Of a DNA stretch of 64,000 bases, positions 50,281 through 62,329 are shown in pieces (the stretch's first letter is position 1; each line of letters begins with the position of its first letter). The stretch is from Amphiscolops sp. MND2022 (lineage: Eukaryota): the NCBI GenBank assembly GCA_964187785.1, contig OZ076409.1, forward strand, positions 372,001 to 436,000. The letters run 5' to 3'. The notes under the pieces were generated by a model. The model did not search any database and was not told where the DNA came from. It saw nothing but the letters and a program-made list of their open reading frames with translations. Position numbers and translations under genes: made by a program.

Positions 50281-51785
50281 CTAATCGGGTTGTTCCTCTG
50301 TATTTTCAATCGAAATACACTTCACCAAAAACTCTATCAACCGTTTCAACAGAATCGGTTAATCCGGTTGTTGGACGAAAAAAAACAAATTCCCACAAAT
50401 TACTTATACGCCGTTCCAATTTCCTGGAAACTTCGAAGAAAGAACAGATTGGAATTGGAGCATGTGTGGTGTTGTATCCAACAAATGGTGTTTTGCAACA
50501 TACAACTGTCGAAAGTAGCGGAATTAAAGTTATCCCAACTTCGTCTCATGTTTCAATGTATATCTGCAGCATTGTACCAATCAGTTAACTGTCAGTATAA
50601 TTTAACCGAGCCGATTGGATAATATTCCAAGCCGTTTAACAAACCGGGTTTTCCCAAGAAACGTCTTTCACTGGGAAAGCAACAATTGTTCCTCCGTCCA
50701 GTTACTCAATTACAGTTATTTGAGCCGAGGTACGCGACAAAAAGCAGAAAAATGAACAGTTGCAAATCTCACCGCTTTCCCAACATATAGGCGGCACTGA
50801 ACAGAACCTTCTTCATTTGTGAAAAAAAGAATTGAACCAAACCAACCATTCAAGTAATACAAAGTGGCTACAATTTTGAGAACATCTTGCCTCATTTGCG
50901 AGCAGTCGCCAACTTTAGATGAAAACAATGAACTATTTTGCTGCATTGTTTTATCACTTTTTTTGCTATGATTCATTTTTGTGTGTACTTGAAATTCGCG
51001 TTTTGCTCAATTCAATTCTTACAAAGGGAATACATTTTAATCAGTTACAAGTAACTGGCACCCGGTTGCTCTTTGATGTAGCCACATTAAAAACATGCCC
51101 ATGAAACCACAAGAGCGTGACCGAGGAATCAGACCAACCTTTCAAAGGAGTACCACTTGTCTAAGTTGTTAATTGTAACTGTTTTTTTTTAAAAAAAAGG
51201 GGATTTTTAATAGCGTTTAACCAAAACTATCACAAATGTTCAGTCACTTCAATTGCACACTTTCAAATGGACGTCATCGATGATAAGTTTTTGATCGCGA
51301 ATAGCATGTTGAATGCCTTTTCAAATTGTCATACAATTACACCACTCTGTCCTTTCGTACATTGCAAGTTTTAGTGCAACGAAAGTTTTGAATGCGTTCA
51401 ATATAATGCGTCTCGACAGTTTGTGTGCTTTTATTTTGCCGCGCTTCGATTATGTTCAACTAGTTTTAGGACGTTCGCAAAGAACGCAACGACCTTGAAC
51501 TAATTAAAACAGGTTGAAATTGCATGCGGTTGAAAGTGTAATAGGTTGAAATGACAGCGGTTGAAATTGCATAGGACGAAATGACATGTAACCACATTTG
51601 ACGATTCAAATAAACACTTGGAACGTAGGTTTGCAAAAAAAAATAGAGGAATCTTGCTAACTTCATTCAAAATCGGTTGTATTTACTTCTGTGGCACGCG
51701 GGACATCATTTTAGTCAATTTTGTGGTAGTTGACATCTCGTTTGTCTTTTTGACACAAATGAGCCAATTAGAAACAAAAACTCAA

Positions 51786-52321
51786 GGTACTCCTGACTAA
51801 GTGTGGTCCCTACAAAACTTATGCAGCCGGCCTGGAAACTCCTGATTAAGTGTGGTCCCTAGAAAAGGTTGGCATATTTGTATGGCTCGGTCGCTTCGCT
51901 CCCTTCGCCAAGTAGCAACATTGAGGCACGACCATATGGCACGTCGCTCCGCTTCTGCATTTAGGACACAACATGTATGTAAACATAGATGACGACGTTA
52001 TAATAATAATTCCGACAAAATATGCAGGGACCACACTTGGTAACGAGAAATCGCTTGTGACCACACTTAGTCAGGAGTACCCAATCTCCTTAGCAGAGAA
52101 ATCCTTTTAAATGTCTGAAAGCAAAGCGACTGTTGGCAAATCTGTTTTAGCGACTACATGTATGAGCCAAATTCACGGAAGCCTAAATGTTTGTCAAGTG
52201 AAAGTTTGCAGCATTTTTTCATCTACACCAAACTCAAGGAGATTTCTCTCATATAATAGTACAACATGGATCACATTCAGTTAGGGGAAATCGCTTGGGA
52301 CCACACTTAGTTAGGAGTACC
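51786..52321 (-). mobile_element. TIR MITE carrying the GCGAAGC cassette
   Basis: TIR GGTACTCCTGACTAAGTGTGGTC / GACCACACTTAGT(C/T)AGGAGTACC, right end present twice (about 52081 and 52321); imperfect TSD AAACTC(A/T)A. Confidence 0.72.
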
Positions 52322-52719
52322 AAACTCTATTTTGAAATAAATCTGGCTAAAATGGTCATCGGCAAACTAGATAGAAATCGAAGAAAAATTACTTTTTTAC
52401 TCTAATCTTTCGAATTTTACGACTGTTGGTGCTAAATTCGATTGTGAGATTTGCCTTGCCGTGTTTCAATATCACTTCTGCAACAACTACCATCGGTGAT
52501 ATACAAAAGCATCACTTCCAAATGCAACACAACACAGCTAGTTGTCCTCACAGATTGACGAAAAGGGCCACTTTCGAAGGTTAAATTGAAACGATCATTC
52601 TAAAGCTAACTAACGAAATAAAACAACTCATCCAAGTAATGTTACAAACATTGTAGCAGCAATTCATTCTGGCGGTAGTTCCAAATGGTGGTGAATGGAG
52701 TCAACACTTAACTGACTTG

Positions 52720-53211
52720 CAGGGCCAGCAAAAAATCACGCACTTATTCACGCTATTTTTAATCGAAAATCACGCTAAAATCACGGACAAAAAATTGGAG
52801 CAAAAGCTGAATTCCATTCAATTTCCTGAATTTATGTACAAAAACAGCAGTTGCTTGATTGTTTCTGAGTCCAAAAATTGGCGATCAGAAGTGACAATAT
52901 TTGAGAAACAAGTGAAACTTCTTTCCACACCTGCTGAGGATGATTGAAGGAACCCAAAATTTGGCGCAATAGATGAAAGAAACTACTATAGTCTTATTCC
53001 ATCAATCAAATTGCCCAGATAACTCCACAACTGTCATATTCCGCCAATTTCTAGTTTCTTTTCATTGTTCTACATTATTGGGTTTTCTAGAATTGTTACT
53101 TTAAATTCCGCCAATCATATTCCGTCGTAACATCACGCCATGTCACGGATCATTCTGAATGGCTAGAAAATCACGCTAATTCACGATTCGCGTGATTTTA
53201 TGCTGGCCTTG
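52720..53211. mobile_element. hAT MITE
   Basis: TIR CAGGGCCAGCAAAAAATCACGC / GCGTGATTTTATGCTGGCCTTG; perfect 8-bp TSD CTGACTTG. Confidence 0.85.
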
Positions 53212-53384
53212 CTGACTTGACTAGTAAAGGTGATCGATCGATCGATCTGCTAGGTTGAGTGGATAGAATTCGTTATTGGTTCTGCTGCTGCACTAACTAA
53301 TCTAATGAGAACAAGTTGGTTAAAACAAGTTAAAACATCAAACCCTCCCCCCCATCAAGTGTGGAGACTGCTCCTGAAACACTC

Positions 53385-53585
53385 ACTGGCTCACTCGCCA
53401 TCTAACCATCACACAACGACAGCGCCCTTGAATGACTTTAGAATAGGGATGTCCGAATATACACACACTTCTTCTCTGGTCCCTGTCTTCCGAGTCATGT
53501 TTACTGCAGCTGCTCAACTTGAGAACCAACTACTTTTCTGCCGCAGCTGTTGAGAATTGAAACATTCAAATGGCGGCCGTGTTTC
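53385..53585 (-). promoter_or_regulatory. Candidate DNAJC25 promoter and non-coding first exon
   Basis: Unique-sequence island between MITEs, with YY1/initiator-like GGCCGCCATTTG (53567-53578) and downstream GTGAGC/GTGAGT donor-like sites near 53385-53395. Confidence 0.35.
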
Positions 53586-54250
53586 GAGTCTCAAAAAAAC
53601 TCAAAGCGCAACTCCGTGATTCTGACGAGTAATTGAAATAAATGATTCAAATTGAATAAAAAAAAGTGATTCAAAGTGTTTTAGCCTAGTGTTTAGAAAT
53701 AAGCAGTGAAAAGCAGATTTTTCTAGATGAGAGAAGCAGATGTTTTGTTTGAGTCCTGATAGCAGCTGAGCCGAGTGGAGCAGAGCAGAGCAGCGATAGA
53801 GTGTTTCCTGTTCAAACGCCTACAAAACTGTTCATACTTCTGCCATCTGCCCTGCCGCCCTCGTTCAATGTAAACTTTGGGCTGCGGTGGCGGCGAATTG
53901 AAAGTGTAACGAGGGCACAACTTGAGCAGTTGGCAGCCACACATTTGACAGAATCAGAAGCAACATGTAGACGGCTTCTGGGCACCAAATGAACCAGAAG
54001 TAGAAACAGGGAAGATACACGTATTCAAAATCACACGTGGCGTGAGAGAGGTAGAAAAATAGGCTTAAAATGGCAGAAACATCCAAATTAGTCAGACTAT
54101 TCTGAGATTTCATATGCGGTTGAATCAAATAGATTACTTGAATCGCTTGGAAAAGAATGAGGTATTCAATCAATTTTCTGTACATTATTCGGAATATATT
54201 CTCTTCTTTCACCGGGAGGGGTTGAAGCTCAAACTAAGAGGGGTGATAAC

Positions 54251-54601
54251 CAGGGGTTAGAAACGATTAATCGATCAAATTAACAAATCGAATGGATTTC
54301 GATTATTAGAAAATAATGAAAAAGCAACCAATTAATCGATCGATGCCTGTACGCCAGGCCTAGGCCTACAAATGTTGTGCGTGACAAATGGTCTATGTTG
54401 AGAGATCGTGTTCGTTTAGCACTTTTGTGATAAGCAATTCAAGCAGGTACACATTTCAATAGTTTTTTTATCATTGCTACTATATACATGTAACTGAGTT
54501 GCACGCAAAATATTGAGCAATCCGATACTTTTCAATAATTCGAAGAAAATCAATCGTTAGTTTTACGATGAGTCGCGATCAATCCTCCTTTCCAACCCCT
54601 G
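54251..54601. mobile_element. hAT MITE
   Basis: TIR CAGGGGTTAGAAA / TTTCCAACCCCTG; TSD GTGA(T/C)AAC. Confidence 0.78.
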
Positions 54602-55206
54602 GTGACAACTGCTGTTCAGAATTGGGGGTTGGCGCAGTGAAGAGATTACAGCCACAACTGTTATGATTTGAATCCAATCAGCATTCGATCAACATCTACA
54701 AGTAGGTGACTGATAGAAGGTCACCATAGCAACAAGTCGACACCGACTATTACTACTACATGTATATTGTACATTGAATGTTATTGAATTAAATTAAAGT
54801 GTTACAATGTTAATCTTCTCGCAGGCCACCAGGCGGCAGCAGTACGTGGTAAGGTAACGAGGGCGGGACAGTATTCCACTTGTGCAGCAGAACAGTATTG
54901 TGCAGCAGGGTGCGTAGCAAGAGGAGTTCAGTCATATGCAGAAATATTCATCCAAATCATAACGAGTGAGAGACAGGTGGGGTGGGTTCGGGTTTGGAAG
55001 GCATTGTAATGAGCTGGTCACCACAAACAGTCAAACAAGGTGTGGCATTGGAGGAGCATGAGGAAGAGAGGGGAGGGGGGAGGGAAGGGAAATAGGGGCG
55101 GGGTGTAAATGGGTATTTGGGTAGGTGGGGGTAGAGGTATATATTTATATTTATATATAGAGTGAGAGAGTGGGTGGGTGGGTGTTTGGAGACAGGCAGA
55201 CGTTCG

Positions 55207-55334
55207 TTAACTGCTCTTCAGTTTTGTGTTGTGTGCCCCGCCGCCTGTTCTTCGCAGCTTGGACAGCAACCAATGGTAGTAGTGACTGGAGACGTCGTTT
55301 CTCTTCACTCCGGGCAGCAGAGTCACGATGCACA
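55207..55334 (-). CDS. ARL6IP1: ARL6IP1 terminal coding exon
   Basis: ttcAG then VCIVTLLPGVKRNDVSSHYYHWLLSKLRRTGGGAHNTKLKSS-TAA. Confidence 0.78.
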
Positions 55335-55399
55335 CTGAAACATTGTTTTGCACTATTTTGTGCGTGAGGTGGTACAACATACCTGGAAATTCAAGTTAG

Positions 55400-55900
55400 T
55401 GCACATTTCAATCCAACTACGAAACACGTCAAGTATCTGGGGTGTTCTTCGACCAAAATCTGACCTATCAGCATGAGGTTAAAAACTGAAAATGGTGTGT
55501 GCAATTAAAACATTACATTCAGTACGTGAGTCATTTCCGAAAAAAAACTCGTATTTTGCTACTAAAGGCTTTGGTAATCAGCCATTTACACTATCCATTA
55601 GTACTATTGAATGAAACTAAGAAACTCACACAACTCGCCAAAATCGATTTGGGCAAAAAAGGCTGCTTCAAGAAAAAATTGATCACATCTCAGATTTTAA
55701 AGATTTTACCGAAAAATATTCGATATTTTCTGAAGTTCATATCGGTTGGTGGGTCCAACTCCGAAATGGAATATTACCCGCTGTCGCAAATGAAAACCAA
55801 CAACAGCCGCTATCAAAAATCAGGAGCGAGCGAACAAATTGTATTGTATTGGAACCTTGCACGGGAATCTTGCGCGGAATCATCAAGCATAGTTTCTCTG
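55400..55900 (+). mobile_element. Decayed L2/CR1-type LINE fragment in ARL6IP1 intron 5
   Basis: VKYLGVFFDQNLTYQHEVK and LLLKALVISHLHY. Confidence 0.6.
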
Positions 55901-56489
55901 ATAAAGTAGTCCAACTATAAAGAACATCTTGCCAGACAACGTTGAAATGAAAAAACTATATTAGTGTGAAACGAAAAGTCACAACTTTCTTCACAGGAAA
56001 AGTCCTTCCATGGAAACGACATTCCCAACTGAGCAAAGAGTGTAGCAAAATATTCAATTAATTGTGAGTTTAATCACAAAACCGATTTCAAAGTTCCATG
56101 CAAAGGTCTTCACTGCTGTTTTATTGTGCAAATTTATTTTCAATAAAGCATTTTCAGCGTTTCTATTTCAAAAAACTCTTCGACTGTTGAAAAACTTTGA
56201 GGAAATGATTGAGAAAAATCAAACGTTTAGAAACGGTACAGCCAAAAAACTATTTGGAAAAAAGTCAGTAGGCACCCTTATAGACAATGATTGAACCTTT
56301 TACAACTTCAAAGTGGCCAAACAATTTTGTGTTCTTCTAAAACTCTAATTCGACACTTTTTTTCCATTCGACACTTCAATCGTCTCAAACTCGAAAACAT
56401 TGATGTGAAAATTTTTGTTCCACATTCAATCAAAAAACAAGCGGTAGATTAAAACCACGAAAAATTGCAGGTTCCAATTTCTAAACGTA

Positions 56490-56974
56490 TTTTTAGTCGG
56501 CGCTTTTCTTAAGAAAAGAGCCCGACTATTACAGTCACTCGTTTTTTTTCTTTTTTTTATTTAAGACAGACTCGAAGCGACGAACGTTAAAATTAACGTT
56601 CAACTACTAAATAAGTACTAAACTACTGGACCGCTAAAGGCAAACGGGGAGCGCATTCATTTACTTTTTAAACGTTACATACAAGCCCGGACGGGACTAA
56701 AGTTTCGTACCCCCCCCCCCCTTTCAATTTTTTTCGGCACTGTGAGACTTTTTTTCGAAATTTTTCGAAGGTCCCCTCTTTGAGTTTTTTGTTATTTTGC
56801 TACAGAATGCGTGTTTATAAATCAAAAAGGGTCCCCCTTTTACATTTTTCGGCACTGTGCGACATTTTCCGAAAGAAATTTTTTTTTCGAAAATTTCAAG
56901 TTTTTTCCCAAAAAAATGTTTTGCGCTTTTTGAGCCTTAGATATAGCGCCGACTTGAGACGTTCCCGTCTTGTT
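56490..56974 (+). mobile_element. Helentron/DINE-1-like family A (young subfamily)
   Basis: Near-identical to 5653-6130. Confidence 0.85.
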
Positions 56975-57149
56975 ACAACTAAAACTTCATTTTCAACGCC
57001 AATTTTTTTCAAACAAAAAACTTTTTAAGCTGCAAATTAGCGACATTTTGGGGGTGTGCTATTGGGGACGCGACGGCTACATCATATGAGTAGTTGAGAA
57101 ATCAAAGTCTGAGTGCAACGTGATCGTGTCGATAACGAAGCGGGGAATA

Positions 57150-58439
57150 CAGTACTGTGATAAAGAAATGGAACATAGGGCTGTGAAAAAGAAATGGGAC
57201 TGAATGAAAAACATTCAATTGAACAACCTCATGAAAATATTGAAACAATATTAACAAACTAGGTAAAAGATTGAAGCTTTCAATATCGGGTGAAACCTCC
57301 TCGGTTAATTTTAGTTAGAATCAACCGATTTTTAATGGACTTGAAAAGTTTTTGTACATATTCGTCAGTTGCGTAAAATACTTCAAGAGCAAAAATTTCC
57401 AAGTCCTCCAAAGTTTTTGGGTGTCTCTTCGCATCTCTGCCTTTTAGAATAGACCACAAGTTTTCGATAATATTGAGATCTGGCGAGTTTGGGGGCCAGT
57501 TTTCGAGAACGTCAACACCGTTTTCGAGAAACCATGTAGAAGTTTCCGCTGATTTATGAGCTGGAGCATTGTCTTGCTGCAAAACTTCACCCAAATACAT
57601 ATGAGGAAGCAAATGAGAGGCCAAAATGTTGGTGTAAACGCTTGAATTGACACGATTCTCCACTTTTATCAACTTTCTTTCACCTGACTCTTTGATAAAA
57701 CCCCAAAACATCATCTTTTTTCAACCAAATTTAGCATGCTGACCAACACATTTTTGCCGAATTCCACTCTTTGGGTAGGCGGACAAAATTTCTCCGTTTT
57801 GGGAACAACTCAATCATTGTTTCGTCAAAAAACCGCACATTTTTCCAAAAAAGGTCGGATTTTTGTAACATATCTTTTGCCCAAACGTATCGTTTATGTC
57901 GATTTGCTCTGGAAAGAAACGGTTTTGAAGTGCAAACTTTTGCATGTAATCCGTTTCTCAATAACAGCTTCCGGACGTAACTTGTAGAAACTTTTTGTGA
58001 TAACTCTAGGGACGCCAAAAGTTGAGTAGAATTCAGATTTGGCTGAGCCAAACACTTTCTAATAAAATAATTTCTGCTCAAACTTGTCCAATATTTGAGG
58101 TCTTCCGGTTTTCGGTCGATTTTCTAGTGTTGTTGGGTCCTTTTTGTATCGTTGTATTTTGTTATATATGGTTGTTCTAGGAATTTTCATTGATTTTGAG
58201 ATAAAATTGGCAGATTTTCCTTTGTTATAATGAGATATAACAAGAAATCGTTGTTTCACTGTGGTTTGGGGCATTTTGTTAACAAAATGATTATCAGCGT
58301 CTATTAAATCAAACAACAACAGGAGGCCATGTCAATTAAACCCTCGATGCCTTGTTTATTTAGGCAACAATAGAGGTAAAATTGGAGAGTCCCATTTCTG
58401 TATCACAGCCTTATGTTCCATTTCTTTATCACAGCACTG
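57150..58439 (-). mobile_element. Full-length Tc1/mariner DNA transposon (about 1.29 kb) with disrupted transposase
   Basis: About 37-bp TIRs CAGTACTGTGATAAAGAAATGGAACATAGGGCTGTGA / TCACAGCCTTATGTTCCATTTCTTTATCACAGCACTG; TA on both sides. Confidence 0.93.
57280..58274 (-). pseudogene. Tc1-like transposase pseudogene (DD35E), split over three frames
   Basis: HTH plus GRP motif (MPQTTVKQR...TGRPQIL), VRFFDET, MFWG and QQDNAPAH...WPPNSPDLNIIENLW; frameshifts near 58070 and 57720-57780. Confidence 0.9.
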
Positions 58440-58900
58440 TAAGTTTGATTCCAATTGTAATAGTCAAAACTACAGAGTAAACCAACAAAATACATCGCCG
58501 GAATATTGCTGAATTGTGAAGGTTTTACTTTTGAAACGTCTACCATGCCTGTAAGCATTTCTCGGTTTAAAAAGTAACGGTATGAAAGTTTCAGTCGAAG
58601 TTGAAGAAATGTCTCAAAGTTCAATCGTTTAACTACAGTTTTCACAGGCCACAATTTGCAAAAAACCCTTTGTTCAATTTCAAAAAGGAGTTTAGTGATG
58701 CTTTCAGCTTTTCGAACCTTACTTTTTGACCATTGATAAATTATGTCGAATATTTTCATACACGTAGCAGCTATAACAATTTTCTCGATTCTTCGTTGTA
58801 GCTGTGAGTTCTAATAGCTCTAAAAGTTTTACGATTGACGTTTTCCGAGAGAAACTTAAGTTAAGTACAATGTTCAATAATACCATGCCTGAAATAACAG

Positions 58901-59204
58901 GGAACGTTCACTTAGGCCCGATAATGTAATGTTATCTGAGACCCGAAAATTTGTTCATCGAAATTATTATTATAACGTAGTCAGCTATATTCACATACCC
59001 CTAGTGCAGGAGCGAAGCGAAGCGGAGCAACGTGCTATATGGCCATGCCTCAATGTTGCTACTTGGCGAAGGGAGCGAAGCGACAGAGCCATACAACAAA
59101 TATGCTAACCTCTTCAAATAAATCAAGTTAAATACATATTGGCTGATATAATATTATCTGACGCTAATAGTCACCAAATTGATCGGGCCTCAAATATGCT
59201 ACCC
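58901..59204 (+). mobile_element. Mutator-like MITE carrying the GCGAAGC cassette (same termini as 25634-25945)
   Basis: 9-bp TSD AAATAACAG (58892-58900, 59205-59213). Confidence 0.82.
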
Positions 59205-59665
59205 AAATAACAGATAATTCATTATATAGCGGATAATTAATTACTGTACGAACTTACATCGCCTTTCATCCTCGGACGATGAGTTTTGTTAGTTTAACAA
59301 AAGAATACAACTACTGAGCATATATTGTTTCGAATTCGTATTTGAATGCAGGTTCCGAATAAATAACTCGTTCGCTTAATTAATCTCAATGAAAGCGCTG
59401 TCTCGCTGCTACGAGAAATGAATTAACCAGCTTAAGACTTGGAGTAGCGCTGCCTCACTGCTAGTAGAATTGGAGACGAAAACGGGCCGACATTTAAAAT
59501 CACACTTATGACTTGAAACTTCAGCTAACTCAATATTAAGTTATCAAAAGCGGTTGAGAGATATGTTTCTTCTTTCCCATGTATGAAATATGGGCGGAAA
59601 ACAACATTTGGATCTTGTTATGCCAGTGCATGAAGAGAGAAGGAGCAGAGCAGATCTGTACTGAC

Positions 59666-59750
59666 CGAGGACATAGAAGAGCAAGAGGTTGTGAATTCTG
59701 CACCCGATCCACGCCAGAGACACGAAGAAGAAGGAGCAGTAGAAGAAATG
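59666..59750 (-). CDS. ARL6IP1: ARL6IP1 exon 5
   Basis: HFFYCSFFFVSLAWIGCRIHNLLLFYVL; ttcAG / GTCAGT. Confidence 0.87.
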
Positions 59751-60125
59751 CTGAAACATGCCAACAAACATGGTCAAATGTTGCACGAGATTCTGAAGAT
59801 CAATGGTTGTCTTAACACTTCAATGGCTGAGTGAAACAATTTTGGCGCCAAATCTGGAAGCCCCAAAATGAACTGTGAAAATTTGTGTCCTAGAACAGCC
59901 AGAGAGTGCAAACGGGTCAAACGATCAACTGAAAAAACCTCAAAAGGGGAATGACATGTGCGACTCGAATGGTTTGGAGAAACTATTCGCTAAAAGCAGA
60001 TGACAATTCTATCGCTCGCTCTCGCTTCAGTGCGAAGTTTACAATTGTTAGTGCCTTGCACATTGGAAGACGTAGCACCTATGAGCAGTTACATGAATGA
60101 AGAGCGGTGGTGGCTGGCGTCTTAC

Positions 60126-60240
60126 TTTGTTAGGTTCATTCTGTCTGTTGGTGGACAACTGTCTGTGAACATGTTGTGCAACTCGCTTCATTCGCACCAT
60201 CTTCAGGCAAATGGAGCGATACTGCTCCTCGAACTCACTT
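60126..60240 (-). CDS. ARL6IP1: ARL6IP1 exon 4
   Basis: SEFEEQYRSICLKMVRMKRVAQHVHRQLSTNRQNEPNK; ttcAG / GTAAGA. Confidence 0.85.
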
Positions 60241-60354
60241 CTGAAACACAGCACTTGAAGCAATCACGCATTTGATTTGAACGCCATTAGAGTAAAGAGG
60301 ATGAAGTTTTAGATGAATTGTAGGGTAATAAGGAAGGGGCATGTGCTGAGTTAC

Positions 60355-60480
60355 CTGTGGTCAATTCTCTGTCTGTACTTCTCCACGTAGGGACACCTGG
60401 CGAGGAAATCGACAGCTACACACACTATGCCTGCTGCAGAGGCAAGTGTGATGAGGCTAGGATCCATCAACCACACCAGG
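60355..60480 (-). CDS. ARL6IP1: ARL6IP1 exon 3
   Basis: LVWLMDPSLITLASAAGIVCVAVDFLARCPYVEKYRQRIDH; ttAG / GTAACT. Confidence 0.85.
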
Positions 60481-61674
60481 CTAAAGAGAAAAAACAATGA
60501 ACAAAGAGTCACCACTAGTCTGATGTCCATCCATCACTCAAACTCAGTTGCTTCAGCACCAAAGACACTACAGTAAAATGTATCCTTAAAATGATGGTAG
60601 GCTGCAAAAGTCAAGTGCAGGTATTTTTTGCCAATTCGTTCATAGAGCCATTCATTTTGAAACCTATTTTTTAAAATATTCAGTCATTTTTGTTCAAGGT
60701 ACTTGACTTAACAAATTAGATCATAGAAACGTTTGAAGTTATGTCATTGGACAAGACATTAAGGTACCTTTCGCGACATCGTAGATATGAACATTTGTAT
60801 CATTTTGAACTTTTTGTCATAACACAACCCTCTACATTCGCCCATCTGCGACATTCACTAAATTCCTACAGAAGTCTCCAACAATATTGAAATCAAACCA
60901 AAATTTCAGCCGTTAGAAGGCTAGACCTTCGATAAATCAACGAACATTGAAGTTTACGCCAAGGTAAGGCATCAACGCAAACGGAATTTTTGACACGAGA
61001 TTCTACCGAACTTCTTTTGATATAAAAATCTTCAACACCTTTGTTGAATCTTGTCTAAGACAAATTCAAGAACCAAGACAAACATCACGAAGCTTCAAAG
61101 GAACACTAGTACGAGCGACAAATCATAAATAAAACTATGAGGGAACTATGAAAGATCAGATCACTGATTCTAGTTAGTCGGCATTATTTCGGATTCCGGG
61201 AAAAATGTCAACGTTTGCCTCGATATTCGGCACTGAGGTTGTTAGGAGTGAAATTGACTACCGTCAACCTCCGCGTCAAAAATCATCACAACTTGCGTTC
61301 AAACTCAGCGACAAAACCTGCCTTGCGCCGATGTAGGATACGTCAGAGCTACGAATAGCTTCGCACTATTGACGAGTTCAATGCTGTGTATTAGAAGATA
61401 ATATAGATATCTGAATCTTTGACGACGGGCAACATAGTTGCAATACTTCATTTCCAGACGAACATTTACTTTGTGATTCGGTGGATTTATTTTTCAAATT
61501 AGTCCTCCAATTGCTAATAAGTGTCCAATATTTATTTTTCTTGGACAGCTATTGAGACTGTAAGGAAGGCTCTGCAGCTTCCAGCGTGTATGACACCCTA
61601 ATTTCCTCAAAGTTCGCCCCACTGCAACATGGGCAAAATTCGCCAACTAAAAAGGATGTAACTGTAGAAAATAC

Positions 61675-61808
61675 CTGAAAATGATAGTGATGACAGACAT
61701 AATGAAAACAGGATAAATCTGATTCTTCCACAGAATGACATCCTCGAATTTGCATAAAAGCACGTCGTACGGCTTGAACGCCACATAGAAGTCGAGCGAC
61801 TCTAATTC
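61675..61808 (-). CDS. ARL6IP1: ARL6IP1 exon 2
   Basis: ELESLDFYVAFKPYDVLLCKFEDVILWKNQIYPVFIMSVITIIF; ccAG / GTATTT. Confidence 0.85.
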
Positions 61809-61874
61809 CTGGAAAAAAACAATTAAGATAATCCTGACCATTTTCCAATAAATGCCAACGAAACATTATTTTAC

Positions 61875-61913
61875 CTCAATTTCTGAGTAATCAACAAGAA
61901 CAGCTTCCCCCAT
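61875..61913 (-). CDS. ARL6IP1: ARL6IP1 coding exon 1
   Basis: MGEAVLVDYSEIE; GTAAAA donor, phase 0. Confidence 0.7.
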
Positions 61914-62329
61914 TCTCCTGCCCTCAGAATTAGACTGTTTCCAACATATCTGAAAGCAAAATGTCTCCAGATTTTATTTGATTACTGATCATGAACTATT
62001 ATGTTCGAAAAGCTTTTAATTTACACATGTTTACCTTTTCACTAAATGTCTACAATCACGATTGAGAGAAACAAAAGACTCAAGTTTACACAAACACCAA
62101 GATGACATGAAGTTTTAAGAATTGATGAAAACTCAATAATGACAGTCACACAATGCACAAAATAAGGTTAGACAAGAGGCGCAGTAGCAGTTATAGTTTT
62201 CGTATAGTTGGTAAAGCTTCAAAGATTGCAGCATTTCATGTGTGAATAGGATGCAAGCTACTGACCCTACTTACAGGACATTTTTTTCCTTTATCAAATA
62301 TCATGGATCTTCGTCATCAATCAAGTGCC

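Larger units (their letters stand above)
55207..61913 (-). other. ARL6IP1: ARL6IP1-like ER-shaping membrane protein gene span (208 aa, 6 coding exons)
   Basis: Exons 61913-61875, 61808-61675, 60480-60355, 60240-60126, 59750-59666 and 55334-55207 sum to 627 nt. Motifs VILWKNQIYP, MDPSLIT, QYRSIC, LAWIGCRIHNLLLFY and LLPG match ARL6IP1 (LRWE..FPP, LDPSVLS, RFHEIC, AWVGQQVHNLLLTY, LLPG). Confidence 0.85.

Noticed and set aside
50300..51500. Possible BEL/Pao RNase H remnant (LYVGKAVR..VPRL)
   Set aside because: The similarity is too weak, with no LTR or other pol motifs.
53723..54212. Overlapping ORFs between ARL6IP1 and DNAJC25
   Set aside because: There is no recognisable domain or consistent splice structure.
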